Shown here: positions 1 to 9,450 of the stretch, piece after piece | Numbering within the stretch: the first letter of the stretch is position 1 | How the letters are laid out: every line of letters begins with the position of its first letter | Source of the DNA: Candidatus Hermodarchaeota archaeon | Lineage (GTDB): Archaea > Asgardarchaeota > Heimdallarchaeia > Hodarchaeales > Hodarchaeaceae | Direction: 5' to 3' | Length of the DNA: 32,000 bases | Assembly: GCA_048886185.1 (NCBI GenBank) | Contig: JBHLKY010000008.1 | Location: 183,047-215,046, forward strand | Program-made: the position numbers and the translations under genes | The notes under the pieces: generated by a model | Databases searched by the model: none | What the model was told of the DNA's origin: nothing | Seen by the model: only the letters and a program-made list of their open reading frames with translations

Positions 1-1
1 T

Positions 2-1081
2 GCTTTTTTCATGATTTTTGCGGGAAAATGGCAGGACAGGGTTGGCCCAACCAAAGTCGCCACTGTGGGTGGAGTTCTTCTAGGTATTGGATATATCCTA
101 GCTGGGCTGGTCGATTTTATAGCCACAGGTAATGAATTACTCGGTTTCTTATGGCTTGTTTTATCTTACGGAGTAATTAGTGGAGCAGGCATTGGATTTG
201 CTTATGTCTGTCCCATTGCAGCATTAGTTAAATGGTTTCCTGATCTTAAAGGTCTAATTACTGGAATAGCTGTGGCTGGATTTGGAGCAGGAGCACTCAT
301 ATTCACTCAAGTGGAAACAGCTCTCATACCAGAGGATGGTACGGTGGGAACAGCTTTTCTACTTCTTGGATTCCTGTATCTCATTCTTGTTGTGGGATCA
401 GCTCAGCTTCTACGCAACCCTCCATCGGATTGGACTCCCCCCATACACTTGAAAAAGATATCTCCAAGTCCAACTCCTCAAATGGGATTAGATGTTCAAC
501 CAAGGGAAATGATTCAAACACCTGAATTTTGGCTACTTTGGGGGATGTTTGTGCTAGCTGCTGCAGCTGGACTAATGACTATTGGAAATGTCAAATCTTT
601 TGTTCAAATCAAAAATCCAGAAATTGATGCAGTAATGGCAGCAACCATTGCTGGTATCTTAGCAATTTTTAACGCTGCAGGACGTATAGTATGGGGTGCT
701 ATCTCAGATCGGGTTGGCCGAACTGCTACTATGATTATAATGTTTGCAACTCTTGGGTTGGCAATGTTTTTCTTTGGACTTCAACCAACTAATGCAGATA
801 TCTTAACACTAACAATAGGCGCTTCTATTATTGGATTCTGTTTTGGTGGTAACTTTGCTCTTTTCCCCTCAGCCACAGCAGACTACTTTGGAACAAAGAA
901 TATTGGTAGTAACTATGGGTTAGTCTTTACAGCATATGGGGTAGCTGGAGTTCTTGGCCCCTTTCTAGCTGGGATCATGGACTATGGGGAGGCCTTTCCA
1001 CTTCTTGGTTTACTTGCCTTTCTAGCTCTAGGCCTAGCAATTATTACAGAGTTACTAGCACGAAACAAAGCAAGAATTTGA
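2..1081 (+). CDS. MFS transporter, oxalate:formate antiporter (OFA)/monocarboxylate-like; probably 5'-partial
   Basis: Many hydrophobic helices; MFS motif A-like segments (AGKWQDRVGP, WGAISDRVGR) and OFA-type motifs (KWFPDLKGLITG, FGGNFALFP, YFGTKNIGSNYG). The frame is open to the window edge upstream of the ATG at 11. Confidence 0.85.
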   Translation, partial: AFFMIFAGKWQDRVGPTKVATVGGVLLGIGYILAGLVDFIATGNELLGFLWLVLSYGVISGAGIGFAYVCPIAALVKWFPDLKGLITGIAVAGFGAGALIFTQVETALIPEDGTVGTAFLLLGFLYLILVVGSAQLLRNPPSDWTPPIHLKKISPSPTPQMGLDVQPREMIQTPEFWLLWGMFVLAAAAGLMTIGNVKSFVQIKNPEIDAVMAATIAGILAIFNAAGRIVWGAISDRVGRTATMIIMFATLGLAMFFFGLQPTNADILTLTIGASIIGFCFGGNFALFPSATADYFGTKNIGSNYGLVFTAYGVAGVLGPFLAGIMDYGEAFPLLGLLAFLALGLAIITELLARNKARI

Positions 1082-1119
1082 ACAATTAAAGCGTCAGATA
1101 TAACGACGTTTTACCCCTA

Positions 1120-1127
1120 TTTTTTTT
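1120..1127 (+). terminator. T8 tract, possible archaeal terminator after the MFS gene
   Basis: Run of 8 T about 40 nt downstream of the stop codon at 1081. Confidence 0.35.
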
Positions 1128-1346
1128 ATAAAATTAAATTGGTTACATCTAATTACTTTAGTTCGAAAATTTTCAGTAGAAAGAAGAAATTGCTTGCTAT
1201 AGATTAAAAATTAGTTACTTTTAAACGAAAGAAACTTATTAAAAAATTCTTGATCAACTCTGAATCAGATTATGGAGGCCCAATTTCCTCTGTAATGTTG
1301 TCTAAAGTTACGCAATGATGAAATGAATAATTTTTTAGGGGATACT

Positions 1347-3380
1347 ATGTCAAAGCTAACAGAAACAGAGAAAGAAAAAGCAAAAAAATATTATCCTCAG
1401 CCTGAACTAGCAAAAAACGCCAGAATTTTAAATATGGATGAATATTATAAAAAATGGAAATACTCCATTGATAATATGGAAGAATTTTGGGCTGAAGAAG
1501 CGAAAAAGATCGAGTGGATTGGTCCATACGAAAAAGTTTGGAATCCCCCAACAGGAAATAAGGATGATTTCGTAGGGAAATGGTTTGTAGGTGGTCGGCT
1601 TAATGTAACCTATAATTGCCTCGATCGATGGGTAAAAAAAGGATACGGTGATGAAACTGCTTTAATTTGGATGGGAGAAGACGATACAGTCAAAAAGTAT
1701 AGTTACAAATCGCTTATGGATGAAGTTAACAAGGCTGCTAATGCCCTAAAATCTTTAGGAATTAAAAAAGGCGACCGTGTCTGCATTTGGTTACCGATGA
1801 TCGATTCTCTCGCAATCATAATGTTAGCGTGTGCTCGTATTGGTGCTATCCACTCAATTGTATTTGGTGGTTTCTCCGCCGAGTCGGTTAAAGATCGAAT
1901 TGATGATTCTGAATGTAAAATTCTAGTTGTAGCTGATGAAGTTCGCAGAGCTGGGAAAAATAGACCAATGAAGGACAACCTCAGGGGAGTGATCGAAACA
2001 TGTGATTCAATTGAAAAAGTCGCTGTCATCAAACTTACTGGTGGTAATGTCTATGAATACCAGAAGGATGTTGATTTCTTAGCATTAATGGAAGTACAAT
2101 CAACTGAATGTGAAAGTGAAGTAATGGATGCTGAAGATCCTCTTTTTATTCTATATACAAGTGGAACTACAGGTAAGCCCAAAGGTGTCGTACACACTAC
2201 AGCTGGATATCTAGTTTATGGAGTCGCTAGCAACCTTTATCCATGGGATTATTCATGCTTACTTGATCTGAAAGGGGTAACACCAGCAGAACGAGATGTA
2301 TGGTACTGCACTGCAGACATTGGTTGGATAACAGGCCACACTCAAATCATTTATGTGCCTTTAACGGTTGGAGCTATTAGTGTTATGTATGAAGGGGTAC
2401 CAACATGGCCGCATCCTGGCAGATTCTGGGAAATCTGTGAAAAGTTTGGAATCACACATTTTTACACAGCACCAACTGCAATTCGTGCTTTAATGAAATT
2501 TGGTGATAAACATGTGACAAAATGGGATCTCTCTAAGATAAAGATGTTAGGTACTGTTGGAGAAGTCTGTAACTGGCCTGAATGGAAATGGTATTGGCAG
2601 GTTGTTGGAAAAGGTAGTAGTGGGGATAAACCTGTTGGTAGACCCATTGTAGACACTTACTGGCAAACAGAAACTGGTTCATACATGATGACAAATTTTG
2701 GCGCAATAACACCAATGAAACCTGGAAGCTGTACTTTTCCATTTTTTGGAGTTAGCCCTGTTTTATTAGATGAAGATGGTCAAAAAATCACTAAATCTAA
2801 TGTTCAAGCCTATTTCGCCTACAATAAAAGTTGGCCAGGCTTAATGAGAACCGTTTGGGGAGACCATGAGCGTTTTGTTAACACATATCTTACTCAATTC
2901 CCTGGTCATTACTTTACAGGTGATTATGCAATGATTGACGATGATGGCTATTACTTTATCTTAGGCCGATCTGACGACGTTATCAAGATCTCTGGACATC
3001 GTTTAGGCTCTGCGGAGGTCGAGGCCGCTATAAATTCCCACCCCAAAGTAGCAGAGAGCGCAGTCATACCCTATCCTCATCCAATTAAAGGGTCAACTAT
3101 TTTTGCATACATCACATTGATGGAGGATGTTGAACCGAGCGAAGAATTGAAGAAGGAAATTCAAACTCATGTTCGATCAGTAGCAGGTCCTGCGGTCTAT
3201 CCAGAGATCGTTATGTTTTCAGATGCTGTTCCTAAGACACGCTCTGGCAAGATTATGCGTCGAATTCTTAAAGCAGTTGCTATACAGGAAAATATCGGTG
3301 ATGTGATGACACTATCTAACCCAGAGGTTGTCGAGGAGCTTATAGCTCGTAGAAAGATGATGGGAGAAATTAAATTTTAG
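1347..3380 (+). CDS. acs: Acetyl-CoA synthetase (AMP-forming acetate-CoA ligase)
   Basis: YTSGTTGKPKG P-loop, DTYWQTETG, GRSDDVIKISGHRLG, PKTRSGKIMRR with the catalytic Lys. The ORF opens at 1323; ATG 1347 follows a GGGGA stretch and is the more likely start. Confidence 0.92.
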   Translation: MSKLTETEKEKAKKYYPQPELAKNARILNMDEYYKKWKYSIDNMEEFWAEEAKKIEWIGPYEKVWNPPTGNKDDFVGKWFVGGRLNVTYNCLDRWVKKGYGDETALIWMGEDDTVKKYSYKSLMDEVNKAANALKSLGIKKGDRVCIWLPMIDSLAIIMLACARIGAIHSIVFGGFSAESVKDRIDDSECKILVVADEVRRAGKNRPMKDNLRGVIETCDSIEKVAVIKLTGGNVYEYQKDVDFLALMEVQSTECESEVMDAEDPLFILYTSGTTGKPKGVVHTTAGYLVYGVASNLYPWDYSCLLDLKGVTPAERDVWYCTADIGWITGHTQIIYVPLTVGAISVMYEGVPTWPHPGRFWEICEKFGITHFYTAPTAIRALMKFGDKHVTKWDLSKIKMLGTVGEVCNWPEWKWYWQVVGKGSSGDKPVGRPIVDTYWQTETGSYMMTNFGAITPMKPGSCTFPFFGVSPVLLDEDGQKITKSNVQAYFAYNKSWPGLMRTVWGDHERFVNTYLTQFPGHYFTGDYAMIDDDGYYFILGRSDDVIKISGHRLGSAEVEAAINSHPKVAESAVIPYPHPIKGSTIFAYITLMEDVEPSEELKKEIQTHVRSVAGPAVYPEIVMFSDAVPKTRSGKIMRRILKAVAIQENIGDVMTLSNPEVVEELIARRKMMGEIKF

Positions 3381-3416
3381 GATTAGTTACCTCTCTAATC
3401 TTTTTTTCATTTTTTT
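3381..3416 (+). terminator. Short hairpin plus two T7 tracts after acs
   Basis: GATTAG (3381-3386) pairs with CTAATC (3395-3400), followed directly by T7 and a second T7; lies between convergent genes. Confidence 0.55.
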
Positions 3417-3473
3417 CATTTAGACAAGTTTTTGATGTTATAGCGAAAAATTCATTCGAGTTTGTTGTGAAAT

Positions 3474-3770
3474 TTATTCTCTCACTTCTTTACGTAAAAT
3501 TTCCATTATTTGTTGTGGTGATAAGCTAATTAGTCGAAAGACCTTTATCGAGCTAGTTTGGCCTGACTCTAATACCACTCTGGTGTGAAATTTCTTTCGA
3601 AACATTTTTAGTAGTCTTACATTCGCTTTTCCCTTGGTGGGAGGAGCCTTAACCGTTACTATTAAATGCTCATGATTGATAATGAACTGATCTTCTTTTT
3701 GAAGAGTTTTCACATTAACAATTACTAGTGTATCTTCGTTATCAGATTTTAGCCATGAATTCTTTAGCAT
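3474..3770 (-). CDS. DUF167/UPF0235 (YggU/MTH637-like) protein
   Basis: VTVKAPPTKGKANVRL and SGQTSSIK match the APP..GKAN and G..SR.K family motifs; 98 aa. Confidence 0.85.
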   Translation of the reverse strand: MLKNSWLKSDNEDTLVIVNVKTLQKEDQFIINHEHLIVTVKAPPTKGKANVRLLKMFRKKFHTRVVLESGQTSSIKVFRLISLSPQQIMEILRKEVRE

Positions 3771-5776
3771 TTCAGACCATCTTTCTTTATTTGGGTAATT
3801 TTGGAAAATGATATTCTTTGTAAAGAGAATCGCTCTTCAATAGTTGAAAGTGCCTTTTCCAACGAGAGTTGTTCTTCCATCCATATGAAATTCATGAAAT
3901 ATCGTGCAAGATTACTTGGCCAGAGACTTTCTTCATAAGGAATACCCAACGCAAGAGAAATCCGCCTCTGTAGCCGATGAACATATTGTCTGGAAGATTT
4001 CCTTCCTAGTTCTTTTATGATATTAACGGGATCTTTTGGAGACCAAAGGATGTTCATTTCCCCTTGATTAACTGAAAAACCATAAATTAAACCAGTTTCC
4101 TCTTCTGTAATTACTAGTGGCTTGCCAATTAGATAACGAAAGGTTTCTGGAACCGAATGAAAATAAACCCCGATTTTAGCCTTGATTTTTTCTGAAAACG
4201 TGAATGCGGCAGCAGGAAGAACTGTATAATAGGAGGTTGCAATTTCGTGAGGAGAAATTAAGAGTCGTTCTAGGTTATTTATTGTCCACAAACTTGGAGC
4301 AAAAAAGGCATCTCCCTCTCCTATTTTCAGCTTTTTGGCAAAACTAAATCGTAATTCAGCTAAGTTTTCCTTTCCTAATCCTTCTAGATATACATCTAAC
4401 AAATAAGAAGGAGGGACTGTTCGTTCAATAACCAAAGATTGACCAAAAGGAGTTTCATACATAATCCCAACAATTAATCCAAAATCCGACCCTGCCATCC
4501 CTATAACTCTCTGGCCTATGTGTTGAGGTTCTGAAATATTCTCACCACTGGCAGGAATCCACGCAGAAATTTGAACTTTTCTTAATTCTTCTTCTTTAAC
4601 AGTTGGAGCTCCTGGAGAAGAAGTATCAACTGATTCTATATCAACAAACCGAATATTCTTTAACTGGGGTTTAGCTGGGATTATTTCAAGACCAAGATCA
4701 CATATCCATTGATTAAAAAATGATGGTTGTAAGGCGAATCCGTCTGGAACTTTTAATGCTCCAGCTATTTTTGTCCTAATCTCTTCAGTCGTAATTATTT
4801 TTAAGTCTAAGCCAACTTGTTTTAAAATGTCTTGGTAAGTCTCCTTTATCGTAGACACGGTCAATGATTTCTCTCTAACAATAGGCAAAAAAATCGTCTC
4901 ATCTACTACAATTGGTGGACGAAAAAAGCCTATAGGCATCTTACCAGGAGAATAAGCAATAGATCCGACTAAATCCCAAGGAGATCGCATTAATTTCTCT
5001 TGAACAGGTTCCTGAACCTCATTATAACCGTTATTCGATCCAACCGCATCGGTTTTCTTATAATCGGATAAGGATGATTGAAAAAAATTATTTTGATCCA
5101 TAGGTTGAATAATTTCCTCTAGATCGAAAATAATCCTCTCATTCTTGGGTATTGGAACCATCAATGATCTCAATATCTCAAGTTCGAACTCGTCTAATCT
5201 TTGGGGCCTTTCTTTTGCCACCTCATCACCAAAATCTTCCTTTGAGTATTTAGCCCAAATAGTCTTGAAGTCTATAATAAGATCTATTACCTCTTGAGTA
5301 TCAGCAGTTTGATGGAGGAGAGAAATATATTGTTCTAAATCAAAACTAGTAGCCTTTTTTAGTGACTTTAATCGTGTAACTTTGGCTTGAATGCTAAGAC
5401 GAAGAATCTCTTGATTTTGGTTGAGCTTATTTTTTTGTAAAACTAAATCTGTGAGAAGAACTTTAGTTTCTTCCTTGGAAAGTTTTTTTGTTTCCCATGC
5501 TTGAATTGTATCTTTCATCTTCGTTTCAGTAATTAAAATCGATTGAGTAAGAATTTGTAACTTATTATCAATAAGCTTTATTCCATACATGTCTAATAAT
5601 GGTGTTAAGTGATTTTGATCCATTTTAGAAGAGCTTTTTAACCCATCAAGAGCCTGGACGAAATAATTCTCATCAATGAGTTCTTTCTCCCGAAGAGAGA
5701 AAAGTATTTTCTTGAAATCGGATGAAGAGTTCAATTCAATCACAATCAATAATTCAAGTATAGGTAAATAAATCAT
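3764..5776 (-). CDS. Hypothetical 670-aa protein: helical N-terminus plus three PRC-barrel-like repeats with helical inserts
   Basis: Long ORF; repeats begin DLVGSIAYSPGKMPIGF, HIGQRVIGMAGSDFGLI and YLIGKPLVITEEETGLI. Overlaps the DUF167 start by 7 nt. Confidence 0.75.
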   Translation of the reverse strand: MIYLPILELLIVIELNSSSDFKKILFSLREKELIDENYFVQALDGLKSSSKMDQNHLTPLLDMYGIKLIDNKLQILTQSILITETKMKDTIQAWETKKLSKEETKVLLTDLVLQKNKLNQNQEILRLSIQAKVTRLKSLKKATSFDLEQYISLLHQTADTQEVIDLIIDFKTIWAKYSKEDFGDEVAKERPQRLDEFELEILRSLMVPIPKNERIIFDLEEIIQPMDQNNFFQSSLSDYKKTDAVGSNNGYNEVQEPVQEKLMRSPWDLVGSIAYSPGKMPIGFFRPPIVVDETIFLPIVREKSLTVSTIKETYQDILKQVGLDLKIITTEEIRTKIAGALKVPDGFALQPSFFNQWICDLGLEIIPAKPQLKNIRFVDIESVDTSSPGAPTVKEEELRKVQISAWIPASGENISEPQHIGQRVIGMAGSDFGLIVGIMYETPFGQSLVIERTVPPSYLLDVYLEGLGKENLAELRFSFAKKLKIGEGDAFFAPSLWTINNLERLLISPHEIATSYYTVLPAAAFTFSEKIKAKIGVYFHSVPETFRYLIGKPLVITEEETGLIYGFSVNQGEMNILWSPKDPVNIIKELGRKSSRQYVHRLQRRISLALGIPYEESLWPSNLARYFMNFIWMEEQLSLEKALSTIEERFSLQRISFSKITQIKKDGLKC

Positions 5777-5942
5777 GGATTATGTTGGATATTAAAAGCG
5801 GTTTTATCCCCAAATGTAACATGATAGTGACTCAAGAAATTTGTTCTTAAGAATTAGATAAAACATTTACTTTTTAATCTTGAACCAAAAACCTAGTTAA
5901 AATCAGACCAGTGTTAAAAAAATTCCTTTTTTATATCTGACT

Positions 5943-6971
5943 TTACCCCTCTTTTTCAGTACCTGCTTCTAGTTTCTCTTGGAGGCTATCAGGGACTTCA
6001 AAATCAAAAGGAGGTTGTGTTGTAACAATAACTCCGCTATCCTCAGTAATGATGAATGTATGTTCGTACTGTGCAACAAAACTCCCTTTCTCGTCTGCTA
6101 AAGGGGGATAAGCAACAATCCCTCCTCCATTCATCAGCTCACGAATAGCGAAACGAACACGTGCAAGATTGAATTGATCATATGATGACAACCAGCGTTC
6201 AGCAAAAGGTAGTGTTTTATACTTTTTATAGACAGTTGAATATATTTTTCTTGAAACAGGATTACGTAAAGGAATTCTTCGTGGAAGAAGCATATAGATA
6301 TATTTAGTTCCAGTCATCTCATGAATGCTACCTGTTCCTGAAGAAGCAAATGTTTCTAATGCATAAGCTTCCCCAACCTCCAAAGCTCCTTCTACAGGAT
6401 CATATGGAGAGCTAATATTCGGTAATCGTTTATCTCCGTGTAATTCATATCTCCCAAGCTTATGACCAGTTAATTCCCTTATCGGACGATATTCATAACT
6501 TGTGATTGTCTCCTCAATACGTTTTCCTATTAATGAAGGTAACGTGCCAGCTTGTATAATTTCCATTGCTGCTTTAAATCCTTCTTCTGCAGCAATCTTC
6601 AGATTCTTGAGCTCAGGAGAGAGAATAGTGGTCACAGCAGTATCAGCAATATAACCATTACAATGAATCCCAATATCTAGTTTGACGCTTCCCTCGTCAG
6701 GAATTATACTTTCATCCCCATAAGGACTGGAATAATGAGCTGCAATATTGTTGATGGACACGTTAGTCGGAAAACCAAATCCATCCGCTTTTTTTTCTAA
6801 AATTAACTTCTCAGCTGTTTCACAAATCTGAATAACTGGCACACCAGGTTTGATTATCCCTTTTACTTCGTTTAAAACTTCATAACCAATCTGTCCAGCT
6901 TTACGGTAGTAGTAAATCTTCTCTTCATCTGTGATTCCTTCCTCAGACGTCCAATCAGCCACATTATTCAC
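5943..6971 (-). CDS. map: Methionine aminopeptidase type II
   Basis: Metal ligands present (KLDIG, IADTA, LTGH, ALETF, QYEHT) plus the type II helical insertion. The GTG at 6962, after a GGTGA RBS, is a likely true start. Confidence 0.95.
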   Translation of the reverse strand: MNNVADWTSEEGITDEEKIYYYRKAGQIGYEVLNEVKGIIKPGVPVIQICETAEKLILEKKADGFGFPTNVSINNIAAHYSSPYGDESIIPDEGSVKLDIGIHCNGYIADTAVTTILSPELKNLKIAAEEGFKAAMEIIQAGTLPSLIGKRIEETITSYEYRPIRELTGHKLGRYELHGDKRLPNISSPYDPVEGALEVGEAYALETFASSGTGSIHEMTGTKYIYMLLPRRIPLRNPVSRKIYSTVYKKYKTLPFAERWLSSYDQFNLARVRFAIRELMNGGGIVAYPPLADEKGSFVAQYEHTFIITEDSGVIVTTQPPFDFEVPDSLQEKLEAGTEKEG

Positions 6972-7128
6972 CCATTTTCAACCTAATCTCTATTTCATGG
7001 TTATTTGAGTGGATTACGCAAACAAATAAATAAACGATGTTTCGAACTAATTTTATACAGATCTAGAGGCCATCGAAAAGAAAAAGTATTTGATGAAGAA
7101 CTCTAAACTCTCTTGAGAGAGGTATCAC

Positions 7129-8346
7129 ATGTCCAATGAGAACATTGTAGTTAAAATCAATCAGATTCTAACGCAAAAGTATTGCCTTTCAGCTGATCAA
7201 ACTGTGGAAACAGTCAATAAATGTGATAACCTAGGTGAAGTAATCGTTTCAATGGAGTTTCCTGAAAAAGATTTTTATATTCGCATTCTTCAACATCTCC
7301 GTTTATTCTACAATTCAGAATTTATGTTTTACAGCAATCGAACACAAAAGGCATTTAATTCCTATCAAAAATTACAAACTGCAATTTTAGAAACTCAAAC
7401 TCAATTTCCTGATTTATATTCTCAACGACAATATGATATTGATCGACTTGTGTTACGTATTGATGCTCGAATGCAAGAAGCCCGAGCACGGATTGCAGAA
7501 GCCAATGATGATATTGTTCAAGCTGATGTTTTGTACGTAGAAACAATAAATCGTTACAATAATGAATTAGTTTTAGAACAAGCAAAGAATGATTATGACC
7601 ATTACTTTGATTCTTTAAGCAACATTTTTCAAACGACTGGTTATCTTTATTTATTACGTGGCAAGAATTCCAAAAATAACAATGATCTTTACCAAGCTCT
7701 CAAAAATTTAAAGAAAGCTCTGTTTCTTGGACATTCAAACGTTAGAAAAATGCTAACGGAAACACATGAGACTATACTCTCATTTAATTTGAATAAATTA
7801 GAAAACCAAGCAGAGGCGCTATTTAATCGAGGGCTTGAAAGATCTGAGGCTGAACAATTCCACAAAGCTAAATCTAGCTATCAGAAATCAGCTCAATTAT
7901 TTCATACATTGAATCAAATCCAACAAAATGTCGAGTACGAACTCCAAGAACAAATCCAATTTTCTTCATATTATGAGGCAACAGCAAAAAGCTACATGAT
8001 ACAAGACAACAACGAGCAGGCTGCTATTCAATTTTCCTATGCAAGCCAAACATTGCAAAGGGTTATCCAAAAAATACCAAGTGAAGGCCTGAGAAAGAAT
8101 TTTGAACCTCAGATTAAGTATTTTCAAGCAATGCAGTTATTTTGTCAAGCTGTTACAGAATATGATGAAATGATTCCAGAAGCGATCGAACATTTTGAGG
8201 AGGCCCAACAAAAACTTGAGGAGGCTAAACAAGAGGCGGATGAATTACAAAATATTCCGCTATCTAAAAGTTGTAATGAAGCTCTAAACAAGCTTAATTC
8301 GTATCAAGAGATTGCAGGACTTATGCTTCAAACTGATGACAATTAA
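7129..8346 (+). CDS. Hypothetical all-helical TPR-like repeat protein
   Basis: 405-aa ORF with upstream GAGGT; repeated helices such as AEALFNRGLERSEAEQFHKAKSSYQKSAQLF and EQAAIQFSYASQ. Confidence 0.7.
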   Translation: MSNENIVVKINQILTQKYCLSADQTVETVNKCDNLGEVIVSMEFPEKDFYIRILQHLRLFYNSEFMFYSNRTQKAFNSYQKLQTAILETQTQFPDLYSQRQYDIDRLVLRIDARMQEARARIAEANDDIVQADVLYVETINRYNNELVLEQAKNDYDHYFDSLSNIFQTTGYLYLLRGKNSKNNNDLYQALKNLKKALFLGHSNVRKMLTETHETILSFNLNKLENQAEALFNRGLERSEAEQFHKAKSSYQKSAQLFHTLNQIQQNVEYELQEQIQFSSYYEATAKSYMIQDNNEQAAIQFSYASQTLQRVIQKIPSEGLRKNFEPQIKYFQAMQLFCQAVTEYDEMIPEAIEHFEEAQQKLEEAKQEADELQNIPLSKSCNEALNKLNSYQEIAGLMLQTDDN

Positions 8347-8666
8347 TCCTTTTTTAGTTGCAATTGCTCTAAAATCATATAAGCTTCAAGCAATGGAATG
8401 GCTAATTGTTGAGCAAGCTCTTCAGGAGGAATTGTAGGATTTTTTGGCAAAATCTTCTGACGAGTCCAAGCCAAATTTGCCGCAAAACCTGGAATATCTC
8501 TCATTACCGGTTCTAGTAATTCAATAATCTCTTCTTTAGTTAATTGATCTAATGAAAAAGGAGGGGTTTTTCGATCAATAATTCTAGGTTGGATTTTTTC
8601 AGGTTTTGATGACAGGGAGGAGTTTTTATTACTCTTCTTCGTCAAGAAGTCAGATAGATCGGACAA
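8343..8666 (-). CDS. Hypothetical protein with possible C-terminal helix-turn-helix
   Basis: TTG start with GGTGA RBS about 10 nt upstream; PTIPPEELAQQLAIPLLEAYMILEQL resembles an HTH; 4-nt tail-to-tail overlap with the TPR-like gene. Confidence 0.65.
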   Translation of the reverse strand: MSDLSDFLTKKSNKNSSLSSKPEKIQPRIIDRKTPPFSLDQLTKEEIIELLEPVMRDIPGFAANLAWTRQKILPKNPTIPPEELAQQLAIPLLEAYMILEQLQLKKD

Positions 8667-8784
8667 TTAGAATTCTCACCACCATAATTCTGTTGTAGAG
8701 AAAGTGGGACGGTATCTATCCTCGGAGACTATTGGCACCTCCATATTTGGGAATAGTTTGATTCTGTCGGTTTGATTGAGAGAA

Positions 8785-9096
8785 TCAATCACGTAGCTCA
8801 ATAGAGGTTTCAGGAAAGCCTTCATCGATAAGGATAGGGGCGATAAGACGGAGAAAATTTCCCTGTAGCTCAATTCGGCCATCTTTTGTGGTCCCACCCG
8901 TGGCTAAACTCTTTTTCAGCCGTTTGGATAGTCCCCTAAGATCGATATCCTTTGATAATCCAGCAATAACAGTTACTTCACGTCCCCATTTACGTTTCTC
9001 TATAAAAACCCGAATTGAAGTTTGTTCTTCTTTGGCTATATCAGAACAAGCGCATAACTCTACTGGCAGACCGCAGGTCTTGCAATTACTACCCAT
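8785..9096 (-). CDS. sui1: Translation initiation factor aIF1/SUI1
   Basis: N-terminal CKTCGLPVELCAC, then KRKWGREVTVIAG and LATGGTTKDGRIELQG. Confidence 0.93.
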   Translation of the reverse strand: MGSNCKTCGLPVELCACSDIAKEEQTSIRVFIEKRKWGREVTVIAGLSKDIDLRGLSKRLKKSLATGGTTKDGRIELQGNFLRLIAPILIDEGFPETSIELRD

Positions 9097-9260
9097 TTTG
9101 AAATATTAACCTCAAATTTTCAGTTAGCTGAATATTTTATCAGCTGCTCTATCTTCATTCTAAAAAGAATATAAATCTATCGAAAAACAGAGACTCTTAA
9201 ACTCTCCATTAGGTTTATCTGCTTTCATCAAGAAATAGAGAAATCATTTTTTATCTTAGT

Positions 9261-9407
9261 TCAATCAGTTTTCAACCGTTTTATGATAGGCGGCCGTTTT
9301 TTCAATAAAATTCTATGACCACAAATAATACATCTAATCCCAGGTAAAGTCTCTAATTCGGCAGGATCAATCTCCTGATGGCATTTCTGACACAAATACG
9401 TCGTCAT
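9261..9407 (-). CDS. rpo12: DNA-directed RNA polymerase subunit Rpo12 (RpoP); absent from the ORF track
   Basis: Hand translation MTTYLCQKCHQEIDPAELETLPGIRCIICGHRILLKKRPPIIKRLKTD (48 aa): CxxC...CxxCGHRIL.K.RP zinc ribbon; GAGGT RBS upstream. Confidence 0.92.
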   Translation of the reverse strand: MTTYLCQKCHQEIDPAELETLPGIRCIICGHRILLKKRPPIIKRLKTD

Positions 9408-9450
9408 ATTTTCAACCTCGAATTTTCAGAGAGTTTTACAACGATTACTC

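Noticed and set aside
1140-1312. Recurring GTTAC words upstream of acs
   Set aside because: Five-base words with irregular spacing; not enough to call an operator.
8676-8897. 73-aa ORF overlapping sui1 in another frame
   Set aside because: Overlaps a confident gene on the same strand and has no recognisable motif.
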